A stretch of DNA of 64,000 bases from Candidatus Dormiibacterota bacterium. Lineage in GTDB: Bacteria; Chloroflexota; Dormibacteria; Aeolococcales; Aeolococcaceae. The position numbers and the translations under genes were made by a program. Numbering within the stretch: the stretch's first letter is position 1; each line of letters starts with the position of its first letter. The stretch is from NCBI GenBank assembly GCA_963768105.1, contig CAVYGR010000003.1, forward strand, positions 331,848 to 395,847. The letters run 5' to 3'. Positions 30,155-40,882 of the stretch are shown here, piece after piece. The notes under the pieces are model-generated. The model worked only from the letters and a program-made list of their open reading frames with translations. It made no database searches and was not told the DNA's origin.

Positions 30155-31134
30155 CTGGGTGCCACCGCTTGCGCCAGCGGCGCGCTCGAACGAGCGACAT
30201 CGCCGATGAATTCGACCAGACCGCGGAAGTAGGTCGCCTGGTCGTCATACATCGCCATGTGACCCGCCTTCGGGCACAAGAGGAAGCGGCCGTTCGGGAA
30301 GCGACGCGCCATCTGCTCGATGTGTGCCGGGTCCATGGTGTCGTAGGTGCCGCCGATCGTGAGCGTCGGAACGCGGATGTCTTTCAGCGACTCGGTCCGG
30401 TCCCAGTCCGCCAGCAGGCCGCTTGCCCCGAGCTCGCTCGGGCCCTGCATCGGCACGTAGATCGAGCGATTGACATGACCGAACGAACGGACCACCGGCT
30501 CGGGCCAGTCCTGCGCAGGCATGCGAAGCACGTGCTGCTCATAGTGGTCGTTCAGCAACTCCATGTACTCCGGCGTCTCGGTCTCACCGATGGACTCCAG
30601 GTGTTTGATCTGCGCGAGCTGCTCCTGGTCCATCGTCGGCATGAGCACTGTGCGCGCGTACTCGTTGTAGGCGGGAATGCTCGACATCATGTTCGAGATC
30701 ACGAGGCCCTTCAGATGCTGCTGGTGTCGCAGGGCGTACTCGATCGCGAGGATCCCGCCCCACGAGTGTCCGAGGAGGAAGAAGTTGGTCGCGTCGAGAC
30801 CGAGCGCGGTACGCACCTGCTCGACCTCGTCGACGAACCGGTCCACCTGCCAGAGGTCGGGATCGTCGGGTTGATCGCTGTAGGCGGAGCCGAGCTGATC
30901 GTAGTAGTAGTACTCGATGCCCGCTGCGGGCAGGAAGCTGTCGCACGCCTCGAAGTACTCGTGCGTCGCAGCCGGACCACCGTGCAGGAGCAGCAATTTC
31001 GCCGTGGGATTGTTCCCGACGCGCTTGGTCCAGACACGGAACTCGCCCTTGGGCGTCGTGATCGGGATCATCCTCGCGCCACCGCCGAGGATGTCGGCCC
31101 GGCCGATGTTGTCCAGGTACGTCTCGGCGTTCAT
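30151..31134 (-). CDS. proline iminopeptidase-family alpha/beta hydrolase
   Basis: ATG at 31134. LLLLHGGPA and GHSWGG nucleophile elbow, 327 aa. Confidence 0.82.
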   Translation of the reverse strand: MNAETYLDNIGRADILGGGARMIPITTPKGEFRVWTKRVGNNPTAKLLLLHGGPAATHEYFEACDSFLPAAGIEYYYYDQLGSAYSDQPDDPDLWQVDRFVDEVEQVRTALGLDATNFFLLGHSWGGILAIEYALRHQQHLKGLVISNMMSSIPAYNEYARTVLMPTMDQEQLAQIKHLESIGETETPEYMELLNDHYEQHVLRMPAQDWPEPVVRSFGHVNRSIYVPMQGPSELGASGLLADWDRTESLKDIRVPTLTIGGTYDTMDPAHIEQMARRFPNGRFLLCPKAGHMAMYDDQATYFRGLVEFIGDVARSSAPLAQAVAPS

Positions 31135-31373
31135 CGCGTCTCCAGTGGGTGGATTATCGGGGCGGCCTCTTGCAGGCAGTAGGGTAGCCATGGGATGGCG
31201 GCGGTCGCAATCCGAGCCTGCGTGCACAGCCCTTGGCAAGGGTCGGGGGAAATCTGCATACTGCGGTCGGCCACGCCGACGTCCCCGATTTCGTCCTGCT
31301 GACGCAAGGCTGTTGCGCACTCGGCAACCGACCGCACTGCCGTTCTTCAGTCACGTCCAGAGGGAGTACACGG

Positions 31374-32878
31374 ATGAGCACTGCTGACCCTGGCCACGCA
31401 CTCGTCCACAATGCCGTGAGCACGAGGGGCGTGCTCTTCCAGTCGGTGACCACCATGGGTCCCGGCGTGGGCCTGGCATTCTCGATCGGCGTTGGCGCCG
31501 GGTTCGCCGGGGGAGGCCTGACGCTCTCGGTGGTCGTGGCGCTGATCGCGTGCCTGCTCGTGGCATTCAGCATCGGCCAGCTTGCGCAGCATCTTCCATC
31601 CGCAGGCGGCCCCGCCGCGTACGCGGCGCGCGGGCTCCATCCGATCGTCGGCGCCATCGTCGCGTGGGGATACAGCTTCACCTATCTGCTGGCGCTCCCA
31701 TTCCTCGCGCTGTTGATGGGCTTCTTCCCGGCCGGCATTCTGGTCACGCAGTTCGGGTGGAACTTTGGCGTCAGCTGGGTCGCCTGCGCGCTGATCGGGC
31801 TTGCCATCAGCTTCGTCATCAACTACGGAGGCATCAAGGAGAACACGCGCGTCGGGGTCGTCCTCGGGGCGTTCGAGATCGCCGCGTTCACCGCCCTCGC
31901 GATCACCCTGATCGCCGTCGGCAAGCACAACGGCATCGACAACCTGAGCACGAAGTACGCGAATGTCACCGGCTTCGTCGGGTTCTCGGGTGTGTTCGCA
32001 GGATCTGTCTACGCGATCCTCGCGTTCATCGGGTTCGACGCCGCAGCGCCGCTTGGCGAGGAGGCGAGGAATCCAAAGCGCGCGGTGAAGTTTGCGGTCA
32101 TAGGATCGGCCCTCATGGTCGGCATCTATTACCTGTTCGCGATGTACGGCGCGGAGGCCTATCTCGGCCCGCAGGGCTTCTCGTCCTTCGGAACCTTGAA
32201 CAACAGCGACCCGTGGATCCAGCTCGCAAAGGATGTGTGGGGGACCGGCTGGCTGATCATCCTGCTCGCGCTTCTCAACAGCGCGGTGGCGAATACCAAC
32301 GGCATCGCCAACGCATCCACCCGCGTGTTCTGGGCGCTGGGTCGCGCGCGCATCCTGCCCAAGGCCCTCTCCGACACGCACCCGAGGCTGGGCACGCCGC
32401 GCGTGGCCACGATCGGAATCTTCGCGCTCGCAGTCATTCTTACGCTCTGGCTCGGTGAGGCCTACACGCCGACCGTCGCCTATGGGCTGCTCGGAACCAT
32501 GGTGGTGGACTCGTCATCCCGATCTACATGATCATGAACATCGCGAGCTTCGGCTACTACTGGCGGTTCGCGCGCAAGGAGTTCAACGTGCTCAAGCACG
32601 TGATCATCCCGATCCTGGGTGTGGCCGCCTTCGTCTTCCCGTTCCTGGCCGGCCTGGGGTTGGCGGTGGTGTCGTTCATCGCTCCGCTCACGCCCCCGAT
32701 CAGCTATGCGGGTCCGGTGGTGATCGGGCTCTACGTCGTCGAACTCGTCGTGGTCATCTACCACTGGCAGGCACACCCCGATCGGGTCATCGCTATGGGC
32801 AACACCCTCGCCGACGACGGCTCGATCAGCGGAGAGGTGCCACCGCCGATCGCGATTCCGGGTGTGGTCCCGGGCTGA
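31374..32878 (+). pseudogene. APC-family amino acid/amine permease, apparent frame break near 32505
   Basis: ATG at 31374 with AGGGAG SD. Ten or more TM segments. The last two TM helices continue in another frame (LVIPIYMIMNIASFGYYW...). The junction is at ggtggtgg. Confidence 0.8.
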
Positions 32879-32879
32879 G

Positions 32880-33659
32880 ATGGGCCGTCTCGACGGCAAA
32901 GTCGCCGTCGTGACCGGCGCCGGCAGCGGGATCGGTCGAGGCATCGCCTCGGTATTCGCCGCCGAAGGCGCTCAGGTCCTGGCGGCTGACCGCGACGCGA
33001 AGGGTCTCGATGAGACCCGGCGGCAGCTGGACGCCTCGGGCACCACCGGGCCAGGCTCGCTGCAGGTTGCGGTCGCCGATATTTCGGATGAGCCCCAGGT
33101 GCTGGCACTCGTCGAACGCGCGGAGTCCACGTGGGGCAAGCTCACGACGTGGTGCTCGAATGCGGGGATCTCGATGGCCGGAACGCTGGAGGAGACCAGC
33201 GTCGAGGACCTGGAGCGAATCTTCGCGGTCAACGTGCGCGGTCCGTTTCTGGGAGCCAGATGCGCCATCCCGGCGATGCGACGCGCCGGAGGCGGCAGCA
33301 TCATCAACACGGGCTCCGTCAACAGCTTTCTTGCGGAGCACGCGCTGTGCGCCTACACGACCAGCAAGGGTGCGGTTCTGATGCTCACCAGGAGCATCGC
33401 ACTCGACTACGCGGCCGAGGGCATCCGCTGCAACTGCCTGTGTCCTGGCTTCGTCGACACGCCGATCAACGTCCCGCACTACAACCGTCTGGGTGGCATC
33501 GACAAGATTCGGGCATCGCTACCGGAGTGGATCCCGGCCGGTCGCGCCGGTGAGCCGGAGGAGATGGCATACATGGCACTCTTCCTCGCAAGTGACGAAA
33601 GTCGATATGTGACCGGGACCGCCATGGTGGTCGATGGCGGCTTGAGCGCCGGGGCCTGA
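32880..33659 (+). CDS. short-chain dehydrogenase/reductase
   Basis: LDGKVAVVTGAGSGIGRG, NAGI and YTTSKGAV motifs. Confidence 0.85.
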   Translation: MGRLDGKVAVVTGAGSGIGRGIASVFAAEGAQVLAADRDAKGLDETRRQLDASGTTGPGSLQVAVADISDEPQVLALVERAESTWGKLTTWCSNAGISMAGTLEETSVEDLERIFAVNVRGPFLGARCAIPAMRRAGGGSIINTGSVNSFLAEHALCAYTTSKGAVLMLTRSIALDYAAEGIRCNCLCPGFVDTPINVPHYNRLGGIDKIRASLPEWIPAGRAGEPEEMAYMALFLASDESRYVTGTAMVVDGGLSAGA

Positions 33660-33676
33660 GAGGAGGAGATTTCGCG

Positions 33677-34477
33677 ATGGAGCAGAAGCTTTCCAGCGGC
33701 GTCACGCTGCACGTCGTCGACGAGGGCGGTGGCTCGCCGATCGTCTTCGTGCACGGCGTGATGATGAGCGGCCGGTTCTTCGCGAATCAGGTGAGCGGAC
33801 TTCGCGGCGCACGTCGGGTGGTCGTACCCGACCTCCGCGGCCACGGCCAGTCGGAGAAAGTCCTCTCGGGGCATACCGTCGCCAACTATGCGCAGGATCT
33901 GCGCCTGCTCCTCGAGGCGCGGTCGATCCAGCGTCCCGTGCTCGTCGGCTGGTCGATGGGCGCCATGGTGGTCTACGAATATCTGAAGGCGTTCGGGTCG
34001 AGCTCCGTGGCGGGAGCCGTGATCGTCGACCAGCCGCCATCGGACTTCGCCTGGGAGGGATATCCCTACGGTGTGCTCACCGTCGAGGCGCTCGCCGAGA
34101 TGGTGGAGGGGCTGCAACTCGACCAGCGCGCGGTCGCGGAGGAGTTCGCAGGGTTGATGCAGCACGAACCGCAGGCGGACGTCAGCGGTTGGATGGTGGA
34201 GGAGATCATGCGGGTGCCATCAGCGGTGGCTTCCACCATCCTCGTCAACCAGACCCTTCGCGACTACCGTCCGTTCCTGGCGGACATCTCATGTCCGACC
34301 CTCGTCGCGTTTGGGAAGGACCCGAAGCTCACGCCGCCCGAGGCCGGCGAATACATCGCGAGCCAGATACCGGGTGCCCGATTCGAACTCTTCGAGCACT
34401 CGAGCCACGTTCCCTTCCTGGAGGAGGCTGATCGGTTTAACAAGGTCGTCAGCGAGTTTGCGACGGCGCTCTTCTGA
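33677..34477 (+). CDS. alpha/beta hydrolase
   Basis: IVFVHGVMMSGRFF, DLRGHGQS and GWSMGA nucleophile elbow. GAGGAGGAG SD upstream. Confidence 0.8.
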   Translation: MEQKLSSGVTLHVVDEGGGSPIVFVHGVMMSGRFFANQVSGLRGARRVVVPDLRGHGQSEKVLSGHTVANYAQDLRLLLEARSIQRPVLVGWSMGAMVVYEYLKAFGSSSVAGAVIVDQPPSDFAWEGYPYGVLTVEALAEMVEGLQLDQRAVAEEFAGLMQHEPQADVSGWMVEEIMRVPSAVASTILVNQTLRDYRPFLADISCPTLVAFGKDPKLTPPEAGEYIASQIPGARFELFEHSSHVPFLEEADRFNKVVSEFATALF

Positions 34478-34488
34478 CGGCGTTCATC

Positions 34489-34515
34489 CTCAGCCGCGGA
34501 TGGACCACGGCTGAG
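34489..34515 (+). terminator. hairpin after the alpha/beta hydrolase gene (weak terminator candidate, no U-tract)
   Basis: CTCAGCCG-11 nt-CGGCTGAG, 12 nt after the stop codon. Confidence 0.3.
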
Positions 34516-34603
34516 CGGGCGGAACTTGACGGAGACGGATCGCGAGAGGTAGGTTCGCCACCCACGGCAAGCGTCGGCGCCCCAGATGAAGATGGAGGTG
34601 GCC

Positions 34604-36034
34604 ATGCATCGGAAGCAACTCACCACGACGGGCCGGATCGCGGTTGCGAGGCTGTGCGCGGTCGCGCTCGGCGTCGGAGTCGCCGTCCTCGGCATCGGTG
34701 GGCGTCCGGCCCAGGCGCTGGCCGCCGGCCCGGTCACCCTCACTGGCACCTTTCGTGACGGGGCGACGTACCTGATCCAGGTGCCCGCCGCCTGGAACGG
34801 AACGCTGGTGCTGTACAGCCATGGATACGTTGTGCCCGGAACCCCGAATCCCGCTCAGGACGTTGGCGACCCGCTCACCGGCCAGTGGCTGCTCAGTAAC
34901 GGCTACGCGCTTGCCGGGTCGTCCTACGCCACGACCGGATGGGCGATCAAGGAGGCAATCCCCGACCAGATCAGAACGCTGAACACGTTCGACCGCCTGG
35001 TGGGCAACCCACATCGCACCATCGCCTGGGGTCACTCGCTCGGCGGCATGATCACCGCGGGGCTGATCCAGGAAGATCCCGGCCGCTTCACGGCCGCGCT
35101 GCCGATGTGCGGCGTCGTCGCCGGCGGTGTCGGCACCTGGAATGTCGCGCTCAACTCCGCATTCGCGGTGCTGCAGCTGCTCGGCCCTGGATCGGGTCTG
35201 CAGGTCGTGAACATCACCAACCCCGGCAATCTCACCCGCGCTGAGGGGTTGTTTGCCGCGGCCCAGGCCACGCCTCAGGGCCGGGCACGGATCGCGCTCG
35301 CGAGCGCGCTCGGTGACATCCCCGGGTGGTTCGACCCCGCAAGCCCGGAGCCTGCGCCCACCGATTACGTGGGGCAGGAGCAAAACCAGTTCCTGTGGGA
35401 GACGCAGGTCGACGGTCCGTTCGCGTTTGCGTTTCGCGCCGAGCTCGAGGCGCGAGCCGGCGGCAATCCGTCATGGACGACGGGCGTCGACTTCGCCACC
35501 AATCTCTCACGCTCGGCCGATCTCGCCGAGGTGCAGGCGCTCTACACCGCGGCGGGCCTGAGCTTGAGCACCGACCTTGCGGCGCTCAACGCCGCACCGA
35601 GAATCACCGCTGACCCCGGCGCCGTCGCCTACCTGAAGGACAACATCGTCTTCAACGGCAACCTCGCACAGCCGGTGCTCACCCTGCATACCACCGGCGA
35701 CGGCCTGGTCGTCAACGAGGATGAGGGTGCCTATCGCTCGGTCGTCCAGGATGCCGGCAAGTCGCCGCTCCTGCGCCAGGACTTCGTGAGCCGTGCGGGT
35801 CACTGCACCTTCACGCCGGCGGAGACGATCGCCGCCTTCCAGACGCTGATCCACCGCGTCAACACGGGGAGCTGGGGCGACAGCACGGATCCAGGCGTCT
35901 TGAACGCCGAGGCCGCGGCGCTGGGGCCCGCCTACAACGTGCTCCCGCCGACCTACGTTAACGCGGCGCCGCCGAGTTACGTCGACTTCACCCCCAAGCC
36001 CTTCCTCCGTCCGTACGACCTTGGGGCCCACTGA
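34604..36034 (+). CDS. secreted alpha/beta-fold hydrolase, unknown substrate
   Basis: ATG at 34604 is preceded by GGAGGTG. Signal-like N-terminus ending AQALAAGP. GHSLGG nucleophile elbow. Confidence 0.6.
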   Translation: MHRKQLTTTGRIAVARLCAVALGVGVAVLGIGGRPAQALAAGPVTLTGTFRDGATYLIQVPAAWNGTLVLYSHGYVVPGTPNPAQDVGDPLTGQWLLSNGYALAGSSYATTGWAIKEAIPDQIRTLNTFDRLVGNPHRTIAWGHSLGGMITAGLIQEDPGRFTAALPMCGVVAGGVGTWNVALNSAFAVLQLLGPGSGLQVVNITNPGNLTRAEGLFAAAQATPQGRARIALASALGDIPGWFDPASPEPAPTDYVGQEQNQFLWETQVDGPFAFAFRAELEARAGGNPSWTTGVDFATNLSRSADLAEVQALYTAAGLSLSTDLAALNAAPRITADPGAVAYLKDNIVFNGNLAQPVLTLHTTGDGLVVNEDEGAYRSVVQDAGKSPLLRQDFVSRAGHCTFTPAETIAAFQTLIHRVNTGSWGDSTDPGVLNAEAAALGPAYNVLPPTYVNAAPPSYVDFTPKPFLRPYDLGAH

Positions 36035-36048
36035 CCGGCGGCCAGCGG

Positions 36049-36924
36049 TTAGGTGCGGCGGCCCGCGCGCATGCGACGGCGTCCGACCTCGACCGCAGCC
36101 CCGCCGGCAAGGATCAGGAGTGCCGGGAGCATGAAGCCGGAACCACCGCCGCCGGTGCCTGGCACCGAGGGGGAGCCGCCGGAGCCACCACCGGAACCGC
36201 CGCCGCCAGAGCTACCCGAGCCGAGGGTGCACGCGCCCACCGGCGGCGTGATCCGGTTGCTGTGCAGCGTGAGCGCGCCGTTGCGCGCGAGCGCGCGCCC
36301 GGTGAGGATGTTGGCACCGGTCGTGATGGTGATGCTGGTGAGTGCCATCAGGTTGCCCTGGAAATGTGTCGCGGTCCCGAGCGTCGCGGAGCTTCCGACC
36401 TGCCAGAACACGGCGCACGCCTGCGCGCCATTGGTGAGGCGCACGACCGCGTTGCTCGCGGTGGTCAGGGTGCTGCCGATCTGGAAGATGAAGACGCCTC
36501 GGCCGCTCAATGTCAGCGATCCGGTCAGTTGCGCCGACGACGAGAACTTGTAGACACCGGGGGTGAGGTTCTTGCCGCCGAGGTTCTTACCGGTGAGATC
36601 GGATGTCCTGGGTGCGTTGGCGGCGTCGGTGTACGCGGTGACGAGATCGTTCTTCGCCTTGAGCGCCACCCCATCGTGCACATGCTTGACACCGGTCACG
36701 ATGCCGGGAGGAAAGCCAGTCACCGCCGAGCCGGCGTGGAGCCCCAGGTTCCCGGTGATCACCGTTGGGCCCGAGTTGGTGATCGTGGACCCGGCAAGCA
36801 CAGTGAAATTGAGCGCGGTGCCCAGGCGCGGACTCGTTGCCGCGAACGCCGCTCCGGGCCAGGCGGCGGCGATGACGGCGACGAAGACAACCAGCGGAGA
36901 TACGGTGGGGAGGCGTTTCAACAT
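36049..36924 (-). CDS. DUF3494/ice-binding-like family surface protein with C-terminal sorting-signal-like tail
   Basis: ATG at 36924 (AAGGTGG upstream) and a signal peptide. LGTALNFTVLAGSTITNSGPTVITGNLGLHAGSAVTGFPPG is typical of DUF3494. Gly/Ser linker, then VPGTG, a hydrophobic stretch and an RRRMRAGRR tail. Confidence 0.78.
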   Translation of the reverse strand: MLKRLPTVSPLVVFVAVIAAAWPGAAFAATSPRLGTALNFTVLAGSTITNSGPTVITGNLGLHAGSAVTGFPPGIVTGVKHVHDGVALKAKNDLVTAYTDAANAPRTSDLTGKNLGGKNLTPGVYKFSSSAQLTGSLTLSGRGVFIFQIGSTLTTASNAVVRLTNGAQACAVFWQVGSSATLGTATHFQGNLMALTSITITTGANILTGRALARNGALTLHSNRITPPVGACTLGSGSSGGGGSGGGSGGSPSVPGTGGGGSGFMLPALLILAGGAAVEVGRRRMRAGRRT

Positions 36925-37133
36925 GGAGCCCACCTTGGCGCCATTCCCCGTCGAATCCTGGCGAATGCAAAGTTGCAACTCTCTGGGGGTGGAACCGTTG
37001 CATGTTCCTGGCCCTGCGCGCTGTCTGAACACCGCATCTGCGTTTGCGTCTGTACGCAAGCGAACATTCGCGAGGTCGCGGCGTCGGACTTGGGCTGTCG
37101 ACGACGCGCGGTGTTGGGACCGCCCAACGATTC

Positions 37134-37559
37134 CTAGTGCAGGTTGAACAAGGTCCCGGTGAGTGCAAATGGCACATGCCCTGAGGTCGCAAAGAAGGCG
37201 AACAAGGCGAGCGCGGCACCGAGCAGGGAGACGTCGCGATAGAAGCTGCCCTCCTGGGTGCGCCGCTCGGTCGCGTCGGTGAAGGTCCAGTACGGGTGGA
37301 AGAGCAGTCCGGCCGGGACGAGAAACGCCACGAGCAGCAGAGCGCCGATGTCCGGCCACACGCCGACGACGATCGAGAGGTCAGCCACGATGAAGAGCAG
37401 CCCGGTCGGCCAGCCCGCCAGGTAGGGGATGGGGAGCTTGCGCCCGACGCCCGCCACATAGCGGGCATGGTTGACGATGTGACCGCGCGCCGCGAACGCG
37501 AACATCCCGGCAAACAGAATCCGGCCGGCCAGCAGCACGACCCCGGCGAAGGTGCTCAT
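37134..37559 (-). CDS. DoxX-family membrane protein
   Basis: Internal ATG at 37559 of the long ORF. 141 aa with four hydrophobic helices. Separated from the true ABC ATPase stop by about 218 nt. Confidence 0.7.
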   Translation of the reverse strand: MSTFAGVVLLAGRILFAGMFAFAARGHIVNHARYVAGVGRKLPIPYLAGWPTGLLFIVADLSIVVGVWPDIGALLLVAFLVPAGLLFHPYWTFTDATERRTQEGSFYRDVSLLGAALALFAFFATSGHVPFALTGTLFNLH

Positions 37560-37777
37560 CGCAATGATGCCGTGCTGCCGCTCGCCACGTTCGTCCGCCT
37601 CACCTCCCACGTCGCGCGGGGCTTGTATTTCACGAGTAACAATAGATTCTAGCACGGGCTTGGGGTGGCCCAGCCGCAGTCGCGGCGGGGGCGCCAACCA
37701 CGGAACGAGGTCCGAGCGGTCTCCGGGTGCGGTGGCGAGCGATACCGAGGGGCCCAGGCGGTCGGACGCCGGTTGCC

Positions 37778-38543
37778 TTACAGAACTTTTGAGAGGAACG
37801 CCTTGGTCCGCTCGTGTTGCGGATTTGCCAGGATCTCGCGGGGTACTCCCGAACTCGACGATCACCCCCCCATCCATGAACACGAGCGCGTCTCCCACCT
37901 CCCGAGCGAATCCCATCTCATGGGTGACCACGACCATGGTCATGCCGTCCTGAGCGAGCGCCCGCATGACGTCGAGCACCTCGCCGACGAGCTCCGGATC
38001 GAGTGCTGACGTGGGCTCGTCGAAGAGCATCAGCTTGGGCTGCATCGCGAGCGCCCGCGCGATCGCGACCCGCTGCTGCTGACCGCCCGACAGCTGGTTT
38101 GGGTAAACACGGACCTTGTCTCCGAGACCGACGCGGTCGAGCAGGACGCGCGCCTGCTCCCCGGCTGCGCGCTGGGGTATTCCCTTGACGCGCATCGGGG
38201 CCTCGACGACGTTCTCGAGCGCGGTCATGTGCGGGAAGAGGTTGAAACGCTGGAACACCATGCCGATCTCAGCGCGCTTCCGGCAGACCTCGCGTTCGGG
38301 CAGCTCGTAGATCTTGCCGTCTCGTTCCCGGTAGCCGACCAGTTCACCGTCCACCGAAAGCCGCCCGGCGTCGATCTTCTCGAGGTGGTTGATGCAGCGG
38401 AGGAAGGTACTCTTGCCCGACCCGGAAGGACCGACGATGCACATCACCTCTCGTGGCGCGACCTCGAGATCGATGCCGCGAAGCACCTCGAGACGTCCGA
38501 ATCGCTTGTGGACGTTTTCGGCACGAACCATCGGGGTCGCCAT
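37778..38543 (-). pseudogene. polar amino-acid ABC transporter ATP-binding protein, apparent frame break near 37830
   Basis: Walker [25 protein letters not shown], Walker [13 protein letters not shown]. The canonical C-terminus [20 protein letters not shown]-stop (TAA at 37778) lies in another frame. The break creates a spurious fusion ORF to DoxX. Confidence 0.85.
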
Positions 38544-38550
38544 CAGCGCG

Positions 38551-39549
38551 TCACTGGTGTCGGCTGTAGATGGGGAGGGGTTCGACCGGGGCATCCGGAG
38601 GCGGTTCGTGGAAACGGAACAGCATCCGGCGGAAGCGCTGCAACGGAGTCATCGGCAACTGTCGGGCCGAGCCCCGCGCGAAGTACCGCTCGAGGTAGTA
38701 CTGGCCGAAGGTCAGCACGGACGTCATGAGCAGGTACCAGATGCTGGCGACGATCAGGAGCTCGATGACGTCGAAGTTGGCGTTGGAGATCTCGCCTTGA
38801 ATGTAAAACAATTCGCCGACGGTGGCGATCGATGCGAGGGACGATGTCTTGAGCATCGAGATCGTCTCGTTACCGGTTGGCGGAAGGATCACACGCATCG
38901 CCTGCGGCAGGACGATCCGGCGCATCACCCGCACTCGGGGCATGCCGAGCGCCTGCGCGGCCTCGGTCTGACCATGATCCACCGAGATGATGCCGGCCCG
39001 GACGATCTCCGACATGTAAGCGGCCTCGTTGAGACCCAGCCCGAGGATTGCCGCCAGGAACGGGGTGTCCACCTTGTTGGTGACGGCGACCCATTCGAGA
39101 TGGGTGAACGGAATGCCGATCGTCAGGTGGGGAAGGACGAACGCGAGGTTGTACCAGAAGAAGATCTGCACCAGGACCGGGGTACCTCGGAAGAACCAGA
39201 TGTAGAACCAGCTGACCGTCGATACCACCGGGTTGACCGACAGGCGCATCACCGCCAGCAGCACCCCCAACACCACCCCGATCGCCATCGCGATGACCGT
39301 CAACTCGAGGGTGACCAGGATGCCGCGGAGGATCAGCGGGTGGAAGAAATAGGTGCCGACGGCTTTCCAACTCAAGAGCGGCGCGGAGACAAACGTGTAG
39401 ATCGCGTCGGCCGCTGCCGCGAGGACGACCACCGCAGCCACCCAGCGCCATGGATGACGCACCGGGATTGCGGTGATTGCTTCCGGTCGCCCTCGCACGC
39501 TCGACAGCGGAACCGGTTGGTCTGTCGCGGCCTCGGTCCCGGTGTTCAC
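38551..39549 (-). CDS. amino-acid ABC transporter permease
   Basis: GTG at 39549. EAAQALGM...RIVLPQA EAA-loop region and multiple TM helices. Confidence 0.85.
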   Translation of the reverse strand: MNTGTEAATDQPVPLSSVRGRPEAITAIPVRHPWRWVAAVVVLAAAADAIYTFVSAPLLSWKAVGTYFFHPLILRGILVTLELTVIAMAIGVVLGVLLAVMRLSVNPVVSTVSWFYIWFFRGTPVLVQIFFWYNLAFVLPHLTIGIPFTHLEWVAVTNKVDTPFLAAILGLGLNEAAYMSEIVRAGIISVDHGQTEAAQALGMPRVRVMRRIVLPQAMRVILPPTGNETISMLKTSSLASIATVGELFYIQGEISNANFDVIELLIVASIWYLLMTSVLTFGQYYLERYFARGSARQLPMTPLQRFRRMLFRFHEPPPDAPVEPLPIYSRHQ

Positions 39550-39596
39550 AGCGTTGGGCGAATGCTGTCAGCGACGGCGAGCTTTGGGCACGGCCC

Positions 39597-40583
39597 TCAG
39601 TACGAGGGCACGCAACTCTGGCCCACCGAGTTGTTGTCGTTGATGGTGACGCCTGAGCTGGGAATGGCGCCGGACTGCACCCCCCAGGTCGTCAGGATGT
39701 GGGTGTAGAAGCCGTTGTCGATGAGGTACTTGATCGCGTCCGAGACGGCCTTCTCCAGGCCGCCGGACTTGACCATCGCCACCCCGTACGGCGCCACGCT
39801 GCACGCCTGCCCACCGATCTGCACCTTGCCGTTCTCCAGCTTGACCTGGTACGCCGCGACCGGTTGATCGGCCCATCCGAAGTCAGCCCGGCCGGACAGG
39901 AGCGCGGTGTTTGCCTGGGTCTGCACTGAGTAGCTCTGGACCGTGATGTCCTGCTTCCCTGCCGAGGTGCAGTGGTCGGTGTCGCCTGGGATCTTGGTGC
40001 CGCCCGGCTTCATCCCCATGTAGCCCCACGCGTCCAACTCTTCGACCGTCCCCGATTCGACCGCGATCGAGTGACCGCACATGTCTGACGCCTGGGAGAT
40101 CGTCGGGCCGCCGGGCTTGACCAACCAGGCTTCGCCGGCCTGGTAGTAGCTGACGAAGTCGATTCCCTTCGCCTCGCGCTGGCTCGTGGGGGTGAAACTC
40201 GAGAAGGCCATCTGATACTTGGCAGGGCTCTCGAGGAGGGCCGGGATGATGTCCGAGAAGGTGACGTTGTTGACGGTGCACTCCACTCCGAGCACCTTGC
40301 AGACCGCCTTGGCGAGATCCACGTCCCATCCCACCACCGCACCGCTATTGGGATCGACGAACTCATTGGGCGCGTAGGTGGCATCGGTGGCGATCTGGAG
40401 CGGAGCCGCGGCCGCGACCGCGGCGGGCACCTCGGCGGCGATCGTCGCCTGCTTCGCCGGGCCGCTGGCGGCTGAACTCGTGGCCGTGGGGGGAGTGCTC
40501 GACCCGCCGCAGGCTGCCAGCAGCGCAGCCGGGAACACCAATGCGATTCCGGCACGACGCGAGAAATTGACCGTGCGACCCAT
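39597..40583 (-). CDS. amino-acid ABC transporter substrate-binding lipoprotein
   Basis: ATG at 40583 (GGGGAGAG upstream), lipobox LLAACGG. Family-3 SBP-like ATDATYAPNEF...GWDVDLAKAV. Confidence 0.82.
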   Translation of the reverse strand: MGRTVNFSRRAGIALVFPAALLAACGGSSTPPTATSSAASGPAKQATIAAEVPAAVAAAAPLQIATDATYAPNEFVDPNSGAVVGWDVDLAKAVCKVLGVECTVNNVTFSDIIPALLESPAKYQMAFSSFTPTSQREAKGIDFVSYYQAGEAWLVKPGGPTISQASDMCGHSIAVESGTVEELDAWGYMGMKPGGTKIPGDTDHCTSAGKQDITVQSYSVQTQANTALLSGRADFGWADQPVAAYQVKLENGKVQIGGQACSVAPYGVAMVKSGGLEKAVSDAIKYLIDNGFYTHILTTWGVQSGAIPSSGVTINDNNSVGQSCVPSY

Positions 40584-40882
40584 GTTCTCTCCCCGGCTGG
40601 CCGGCTGATTGAAGGCTGATTGAATAGGTGCGCCATTGTGGACCCCGTTCGGCGGCAGTGTCCAGCCTGTTCGTAAGGCCTTGACGGCAAGGCATGCCTT
40701 CGCGACGCCGCTGAGCCGCGCCTGAGAGCTTTCCTGCACGGATTTCGCCTGAACGGGATGCAACGAAGGCCGGGGAGCGAGCATTTGCGGGGGCGGTGTG
40801 CCATCTCACGCGCTTGACCCTCCGCCCAGGCGAATGCCAGCATGAGCCGCCCTCGTCGCCGCTCAGTCGTGGAGGATGTCGC

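Noticed and set aside
37134-38594. A 486-aa ABC-ATPase/DoxX fusion protein, as suggested by the ORF track.
   Set aside because: The canonical ATPase C-terminus ([20 protein letters not shown] plus TAA at 37778) sits in the adjacent frame. The linker in the fused frame is low complexity. DoxX has its own ATG at 37559.
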